64,000 nucleotides of DNA from Paragordius varius. Lineage: Eukaryota > Animalia > Nematomorpha. Position 1 is the first letter of the stretch; the number at the start of each line of letters is the position of its first letter. This document shows positions 55,185-64,000 of the stretch, piece after piece. The DNA is taken from positions 12,710,001 to 12,774,000 of the forward strand of contig OZ176051.1 of NCBI GenBank assembly GCA_964247055.1. Reading direction: 5' to 3'. Both the position numbers and the translations under genes were made by a program. The notes beneath the pieces are model-generated. The model was given only the letters and a program-made list of their open reading frames with translations. It did not search any database and had not been told where the DNA came from.

Positions 55185-58100
55185 GGTCAATATTACCATC
55201 GGATTCCATCTTATTTAACAATAATTTCACGGTTCCCTTGTTTTTCCCCATCATAGGTGGGGCACCATCTGTTGTCAAACAAGATAGCGCCGATATTTAA
55301 TTTATTTTCCTCAATACAATTTAAAGCTTGAAACATATCATCTCCCTTAGTTGGATTTTTCATCGAAAGTAAGCCTAACATATCTTCGTTATATTAAAAA
55401 ATTCATTTATCCCTTGAATAAAGACTAACAATTGTGATATGTTGCTTATATCTGTGCTTTCATCAAATGGCAAGGAAAACGCCACAAAATTTTGAATTCT
55501 TTCTTTTAGGGAAAGTTGAATTTCTTCTGCGATGTCTGCGATTCGTCGACACATAATATTGCGCGAAAGACTTATACTGGATATTAATTCAACTTTATTA
55601 GGCAAAACACAATTTATAATTTCCAGTACGCATTCCTTTACAAACTCACCATCAGAATAAGGCTTCATTTTTTTGGGAAGTAAATTGGCAACAATATAAC
55701 TTGCCTTTACTATCGGATAATGTTGCGTGAAAGAAATTGTTCGTTGGAGATTATTAATATTTTTTAAAGATTTTTATTTTTTTATTTTCATTTCTGTAGT
55801 CATATCAATAAAATCCAAATGCATGGTATTGGCATGTCCTTTAAATTATATTCGCGAAACCCATTTGCCGTGAATTTGCAAATAAGGCACTCCGCTTTGT
55901 TGAAAATTTGAGTAAACCCCTATTTTAAATCCCAGTCGGGATTGTAATTTCTAGTTACTTTTTTAGATCTATGCATATTGAAGCTAAATAAATTATTTTA
56001 AATACCTATTTTTGAAAGTAATTTAATGTTTTAATTTAATGTGAAAGTTATCATCTTGAAGTTGATGCAGGAAAAAATGTTTTTTATAAATGATTAAATG
56101 AATGCGATGATAGATATTATAAAGAATTTTGTTAAAAGTTTCTACAAATAATTTAAAATAAAAATGCATAATTTACATAGAATTTTTTAAAAAAATTAGA
56201 AATTTTTTTATTTAAATTTTCAAAGAATTGAAAATTTTCAATGAGCCACTAGTGGCTTGCGTGTTGGACGCCCCTGGTTTACAACATAAAAAATATTTTC
56301 GATAAAATTCATTTGAAACAAATCTTGTGTGAGTGTATTTGATAATTGCTGATTTTTATCCCTTGAGGATTATAATATCTGTTCATCTTCATATTTCAAT
56401 ATATTATTTCTTAAACGCATTTTATCAATTAAACAAGAGTTATTTGTTTATCCGAGTCATAATTTTAGCATAAATTTATATAAATATAATGTTATAATAT
56501 GCTTGGTTTCTATACCGTTTTCATCATGCTTCAAAATACCATAATAATACCAGCTTCAACAAACTTTTGCTTTAAATTAAATTTTTAGCAACAATATTGC
56601 TTTTTTAAAACTTTTTTCTATTTCAAAATTTAGCATATGCTTAAAATATTTATTGCGCAATCTGGGTATTTTTACGACAAAACTTTGAAATTTTCTTAGC
56701 CTAATTCTCAAAATTATTTTTATAAATACCGTTTTGCTTTTTAACTATATTATATAATGTGGTTAAATAATATTTTTTGGATTACCAAAAAAAAGTTAGG
56801 AATTCGCCAGATTTTTTGGAGAGCTACCACCAAAATACTAATAACTAACTAATATCACTAAGATGGTCCAAAACTAAAGGCACCATGAGAATCCTAAAGC
56901 ATTTTGGTATCAGAAATTATATTTCAGAAAAAAAATAAAAAAGTTAAAAGTTCATTCTAAGCTAAGGTCTCTAATTAACGCAAAAAGCCGTTATTGCGCG
57001 ATAGAATAGTTATATGCTCAATTAGTAATCAATAATTGCATTCGGAAAAAATAATTTTCGGTTATAAGCTGTTTAACATACGTATAAATACATTATTTAT
57101 CTATATTCAAACTATGACTATAATTACCTCAATATGCATCGACAAAAAATTTAATTTGAAATTATCGCTGTGTTATATGAAATTAATTGTTGAAATTAAA
57201 CATCGACTTGAGCACGGTTGTATTTAATCCACTTGTTGTTTTTTACGGGAGTCGATATAATTAATTTTGATAGTTGTTAAATATCTAAATATCCAATATA
57301 TAATAATCGGCAAATATACCTTGTGTGTGTATTGCTACAGTCGAGGTCGACTTAATAAAACTTCTCCATGCTGTTGAATAAATATATCATTATAGAGAGA
57401 TAATTTAGGCGATCATTGTTTTTCGCTTAATTAGAATAAAATACGATATAAATTTTTTATATTTTGCAATAATTATTATAGTGAACAACACGGGGATCAA
57501 GGTATTGAAGATACTAGTTGTCCTTCTTTATCCGACTGTTCCATGAGTCCAGAAATATCTAAGCCAACTTCTGTAATAATAAGACAAGCATCTACCGCTT
57601 TCGAGTTGGATGAAAATAATGTGGAAAAAGTTGACATTCATGATATATTTAACTCATCGAGAGCGTTGGAAGGGGATACCTCATCCCTTATAACCAGTTT
57701 AACGTATCAAAATCCGATTTATAATGTTCCTTCAAATTATTTAATTACCGTTTCTGCAAACAACAATACCACAGAAAAAAGTAAAATTAATTCAACTTGC
57801 AATGAACAAAAGGAGCATTATGGTAAAAAGGCCCATACGAATGTCGAAACAAATTTGGGCGCTATAAGTGGTAAAAAATTAAATTCCATAAATGAAATAT
57901 GTTCCACATTTTTTCAAACACAAAATTCTAATCATGAAATAGTTTCCAATAATTGGCCGATGAATAGAGCGAAACCTCTGAAAAATAATAGTGATATTGA
58001 TAATAAAACGGGGATTTTAACTAATCATCAGCATGATTCAGCCCCTAAGAAATGCATTGTTAGTAAAAAAAATCTTAACGCCAAATTGAATAAGGAGGTC

Positions 58101-61100
58101 ACTTTCAGTGAAGATTTCCAAGTTAATTTCAATTTTATAATATTAAAATCATTATTTTACAAAATATAAGTAATGTTGGTAAAACACATTAATATACATC
58201 CATTTGGTTGTTTAGATTTTCGACACTTTTTCGATGCTTGAGTATGATAGGAGGAATGAAGATATTAACCCCTTTTTGGCAGCAGCCGAATATGAATTGG
58301 AAAAACGCATCGAAAAAATGGATATTTTCAATGTTGACTTGGTTCGAAGTTAGTTTTCTCTCTTTACTCTCTAAATGAAATATCATACATTTTTATATTT
58401 ATTAAACAATTATGTGTAATTGATGTAATTTCATACATACAGTTACATATTTTAGTTTTTGGCAATATTAAGAAATTAATAATGAATATAATTGATAATT
58501 ATTTATTAGATGGTGAAGGATTGGGTATCAATATCATAGGACTAGGTGTTGGGTCCGAGTTTGGACTTCAAAAGCTGGGAATTTTTGTGAAAGCCTTAAC
58601 TCCAAACGGACCAGCTGCTCTTGACGGCAGGTTAATACATATTTTAATTTTTTAGTTTTTTTATATACTAAGATCCTCTGCTTTTCTATTTTCTTGTTAA
58701 ATATTTGATTTGTGGGAATATATTTTAAGTTTTATCACTAATATATTTTTTGCATACAAAATTTAGAATTCAACCATACGATCAAATCATAGAGGTTGAT
58801 GGGCAAAGTCTAGTGGGTGTCACACAAGAATATGCCGCAACCCTGTTAACTAATACAGGTAGACATGTCTCCTTTAAAATGGGCCGAGAACGTGAAGATG
58901 TTGTCTCTATATCCTCAAATACAATTATTGAAGAGCCTTTAGGGGATGAAGATGTTTATTGCGAAAAAATATCTGGTAAACCTGATAGCAAAGATATAAA
59001 AAGGCGACAAAGTGCAAATTTAAAAAATGATATTATAACCTTTCCGAGGCCCAAAAATGTTAAGCGACAGGAGTCTTTCAAAGATATAATTCTCCGTTCC
59101 TCCGTTGTACAAAAACAACCTTTTGAATTTGAAAACACGATGGATTTAAAATCTGGGGAACAAGTTACAAACACAACAATTAAATCTTCTAATGGGCCAT
59201 GCAATAATGATTTTAATACCAATACCATTGGTCAAATCAACTCCTCGGACGAATTGAGTAGATCTAATAAAACCAAAAAAGAGACTTTGAAAAATGATTG
59301 TACGGTAGAGACAGATCCCAATCTTGACTCTCAATTTGATGGGATGGAAGAAACCCCAACATTTATGAGATGTGAGTCTCCAGGTATGAGTATTTATTAC
59401 AAAGCTGCAACCAATTATAATCACAATAATAATAATAACAATAATAATACCCAAGATATATTGTCGTTGAATGGCGGTGATCAAATATCACTTTCTGACC
59501 CAAAAGATCATTATAAAAATCAAAGTGGAACAACCATTGAATATAATAAAACAAATGAAATTTATAAACAATTGACACCAGATATTCTAGAACGGTTAGA
59601 TGGTTTAAAGCTAAAATCAAATCGATTTACATTTGCATCCTTGAATGCAAAAAAACTATCTTGTGAGTCAGCCAACAAAACCACTAATAATAATCAATCA
59701 ACGTCCAACAATGTTAAAGGAAATGAAATGGACAATATCCCACCTAAATCAAATATTGTACAGGTAGTTAATAATAACTTTATTGTGGGGATGCATGCAT
59801 AAAAATTATTTAGTATTATTTTTTATTATTATAAATATAGATGAAAATATAATTTACTCATATAGTTTGAGCACAAATTCAATACATCAATAAGCAATAT
59901 CAAGGAATGGTCAAAGGAATCGCTAAAATCCTTGGGTTCATTGAGCCGCAAGCAAGGTTGTGAACTAATTCAACATATGAAACACAATGTTGTCCCATTA
60001 AATGCTATCCTACATAAACTATCTTCAAATTTTAGCCCAAACCATGGTAGGAGTTGTATGAGTTTTAAGTTTAATAAATTTATTAAATAGTTGCATGCTC
60101 CTCTTCTTATCTATGATATATTAATTGATATGCACAGTCGATATAGCAATCTATTTCATTTTTACATTTTTTAGATAAAAATTCGGAATTCATTCCACAA
60201 TCCTGTTATTACGATAATGATACGCTTACAACCAAATATGAATCAGCTAAGACATTAGTGAGTGAATATCAAAATAAGCATAAAACCTTATTAAATGATT
60301 TCAATCAACAGAACAAACAGTACGAAGATATGATTAAATCTCTAGAAAATCGGGTATATCGTAGAAAAAATTTCCTTTGTTATATTTTTATATCAAACTT
60401 TTAAACATTGTTTGTTATTAGGTAAAAGATCTTGAAGCGTTTATCAAAGAAATTCCACCCGAATACCTAAAAAATCAAAAAAACTTTGGATCTATTAGCT
60501 CACATAATAAAAGTATAATATTACAAATTATTAAACCGTTATATTTCATAACTGACCATCAGCGCCAAGTTTTATTTTGATTAATACATATATATCAAAC
60601 CAAATCTATTATTATGCATCCTATGGTTTTCTAAACGCGATTCTGAACTTTTGGCCACCATTTTTTACCTTTCTTACATAGTAAAACATATGCGAATATT
60701 ATAATAAGATTAATAATATAATTTAGTTTGACCAGGAGCTAATTAAATGTAATAAATAAACCATATTTTATTTAAAGATGACTGATATACCTTGTGATGA
60801 AGCAACTTAAATATTTTAATTTATATTTTATGAATATTAAATCCATGCGGTTGAGTTTGAAAAATGTTCTCTCCAAAAAAAATATTATGTTATCAAGTGT
60901 TGATTTTATTTTTGTTATAATAAATTTGGATGCAAATTTTATATAGGAAGAGAGATCATTCCTGAATATTTAAGAGATTTATACGCAATCTTAGATCTTA
61001 CGATTCCATATTATTTAACTTTCTTTTGAAAATTAAATCGAAAATGTTTTGTCATTTAAATTTAAAAAATATTTTTAATTAGTTAACTGCTTATTTTTCA

Positions 61101-63963
61101 GGGTTTGCCATTTCGAAATCAACCCAAAAATGGAAATCTTTTCAACGCTCTATGGAAAGCATATGCAGTTCAGAAAATTCAATTAATCATCGATGGTTTG
61201 ATTTGGGTACGTAATAATTATAATTTATATTAATTATTTAAGGATTAAAACACAATATGGTTTTTCCGCCCCATTTTTAATGAAAAAATATATGGCCATT
61301 AATAAATATTTTATTAATTTCCATAAGAGGAAAATTTATACGAAAACAATATATGCAAATAGTGGAATTTCAAATTTATTTAATTGATAAAATTTTTAGA
61401 CCCTACACTAGACGCAACGCCCCTGGTGTCAAACCTTAAAATATATATAGTATTTTCGTTAACTTTTTTCAACTTCGCTTATTAGTCATATTCCATATAT
61501 TATATAATATTAAGATGAATTTTCTTTTTACATACTTAGAAACGTCATTTTCATCAATGCACAAAAAACGACGATTTTTGCTTGCCTTAAATGAAAAAAT
61601 GATCAAAATTTGGCGAAAAAAGGAATTTCTTATGCGAAAAATCCGTCAAAACGATCAACAACACATAACAAAAATACCCGGTAAATATATAACATTTATT
61701 AAAAAATGACCATAGCGGATTAGACCAAAGCTGTTGCTAAAAGACATGTTTTGTTTTCCATAACTTATATAGTTGCAGAATTGGGTTCAGATGATTCTCA
61801 AATTGGACGTTTGTTTTGATTTTTGTATTATAGCGATTTCAATTTTATTGAATTAACTTGCAAGTTTTTTTAAAAGGATTAACAAATAAATAAAATAATC
61901 ACATGTTATATAATTAAAGATGCTGCTGGTGTAAATAATATATTTGAAAGAATAAATTAAAAGGGAAGCGAACAGCTAAACATTATACAATATAATAATG
62001 CATCAAAGTTGAAGAAAATGCGCCTTTCTTTATTTAAAACAATGCAACAAAAATAATTATTGGACAACTATAGAATACCCACAAATAATCGTCAAAAACA
62101 GCTAACTGGTGAAAATAATTTTTTGGACTTTTATATGCACTTGACCATTTTTTCTGAGAGTAGTTTCTCTAAAAATTAAAAAAAATCGAGGTCCAAAATT
62201 GACACATTTAAATCTACTTTTGCCAGATTAATGTCTTATGTTTCAGCTTTTATCTTCCCAAAAATTACTAGATTGCTGTTATTAAAAAAATTTTATTCTT
62301 TGGCTTTAAAGGATGTTTCGTTTCCTTAATACCCATTAACCCATAAACCATTTGGAGGACTCAGTTTCTGATATTCAAGTAAAATGTATAGACCATGTTG
62401 ATTGTAGTTTTTCTAAAAAATACTCATAGTTTCACAATTTTAAATCAACCCTATTCTTATATAATTAATGAGAACTAACTTGATCCATTAACCCTCGAAA
62501 AACAACTGTGTTTAAGACTTCTAGACAGCTGGCTTTGTTATAATTAAGTAATCAAAAAATGAAATAAAGGCCATGGAAAAAGCGCTACATCAATCAGCAA
62601 GGAGAATATTTAGTTACATGTTTTACCGGTTTTCTTTTCGTGGCTAATTAAGTTCTCCTTAAACAATTATACAACTTTCAAAAGTAACGCATCTTAACAA
62701 TAATGAAATTGGTAGATGGTTAAACGCGTAAATTTTTTAAGTCTATAATGACACCATGATAAATCTTTGACATGATCTTTGTTACTTTTTGTTGTGTAGA
62801 CATCAAGAAAATCATACAATATATCCAAGGGTTGCACTTTAAGCTCCGCAAAATTATATATATATATGTGTATATATATGATTGTTTGTTTTAGGTGCTA
62901 ATAATTTTACCACAACCATTTCATGTGATGACGGACTCAATAAAGCCTTGGATATAAGCAGCTCTTCCTTATTTGAAAATTCCAGAAATCCAACTGGAAT
63001 GACAAAAAGTTTTACCGGTGATTTCAAAATTCCAATATCTTCTCCAATATGTAATTCACACGAATTAGATCGTCAAAATCAAAAGGTATCTATTTTTTAT
63101 TGGTAATCGCAACTCTAATCAAAATTTATATTTAGGTAGTTTTAAGCCAAGGATATTTGTTTTATATAGACAAATAAATAACTTGGCCTTATTTACTTTA
63201 TAACCTTGCTATTCAATATATATATAAAAACACCCCTTTTCATTTTACTTTCGGGATATATACCTTTAAAAACTAAAAAAAACCCATTTCAATTATCTTC
63301 CTTTGCTTAAAAATAATTTTATCGATTTATTAGTAAAGTCAATCTACATTTTGAAAACATTTAGCCGTTATATCGATTTCTTTTACAGTTATGTGTTTTT
63401 AAAGAATTTACTTACAAAACGTTGTACATAAGTACTTTTTGATATCAAAACATTAAATGGTTTAAAAGTATACAATTCCCTTAAAAGGTAATTAAGTGAA
63501 ATTAACTTGTTACTGTTATCATATTTTCACTTTTTTACCATAGCCAAATGGAAAATTGAATGATAAAGAAACAACATTAATAACCCCTACCAATAACAAA
63601 TCCCAATTAAAACCAAATAGATTTTCTACAATTTCTACGGATTGCTTTGAAAAAATTCCTGCGATAACCTCTACCTTAAACGATAGCATCAATATAAAAG
63701 ATAAACAAAATGGTTGTTTAGCTTCAAATGATAATTCTAAAAGCACAGATACGATATCTATAACCAATCGTGTCGAAAAGAATATTGAATCAGAAACTTT
63801 TAGGACTAAAACATGTTCTGATTCCGATATTGATACCAAAAATTTAACGGGCAGTAGTATTGATTTGGAAAATACTGAAAATTCGGAAAAAGATATTAAT
63901 ATCAGTGAAACAACAACTCAAAAAAATGATGCACATACTTTGTGTGACAATGAATCTTCAGAG
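49182..63963 (+). CDS. Neurabin/spinophilin (PPP1R9)-like PP1-targeting PDZ protein; continues past the window. Exons 49182-50893, 57482-58121, 58216-58348, 58510-58630, 58767-59763, 59866-60046, 60175-60353, 60422-60512, 61102-61206, 62895-63085, 63544-63963
   Basis: Phase-compatible GT-AG chain. RVxF-type KEVTF, then [44 protein letters not shown]; [13 protein letters not shown]...QKLGIFVK...[27 protein letters not shown]; coiled-coil [15 protein letters not shown]. The start codon and the N- and C-terminal exons are less certain. Confidence 0.85.
52085..52324. mobile_element. CAGTAAAAATTG-type MITE in the neurabin-like intron
   Basis: TA|CAGTAAATACT...CCGTATAACTTCAATTTTTACTG|TA. Confidence 0.65.
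54483..56276 (-). mobile_element. hAT (Buster/SPIN, GTF2IRD2-like) DNA transposon, decayed
   Basis: TIRs CAGGGGTGTCCGACAC / CAGGGGCGTCCAACAC; TSD GTTTATAA / GTTTACAA (nnnTAnnn). Transposase remnants [43 protein letters not shown] on the - strand. Confidence 0.9.
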
Positions 63964-64000
63964 GTAATCATAAATCCACACTAAACATTTATGGATCAAA

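Overview
Very AT-rich, intron-containing animal (invertebrate) genomic DNA; the species cannot be determined from the sequence. Two host genes can be spliced in frame by hand. One is LCMT1 (PP2A leucine carboxyl methyltransferase; 5 exons, 34349-37791, +). The other is a large neurabin/spinophilin-like PP1-targeting PDZ gene (49182 to beyond the window end, +). A candidate orphan secreted-protein gene lies at about 17.4-19.3 kb (-). Most of the rest is transposon-derived: several non-autonomous Helitrons (A|TC...CTAG|T with GNA-triloop hairpins), TTAA-, TA- and 8-bp-TSD MITEs, a 2-kb foldback element, a decayed Ty3/Gypsy element with both LTRs, a nearly intact RTE LINE, and mariner, hAT (Buster/SPIN-like) and Penelope-like remnants. 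The most striking structure is at 6255-16126. A ~4.94-kb segment has been re-inserted into its own locus, inverted AND circularly permuted (A-B-[A'-C-x-B']-C'), the pattern expected from re-integration of a circular DNA intermediate. A GC-richer decayed reading frame of unknown, possibly viral, origin sits immediately beside it (5526-6098). All alignments were done by eye; no searches were run.
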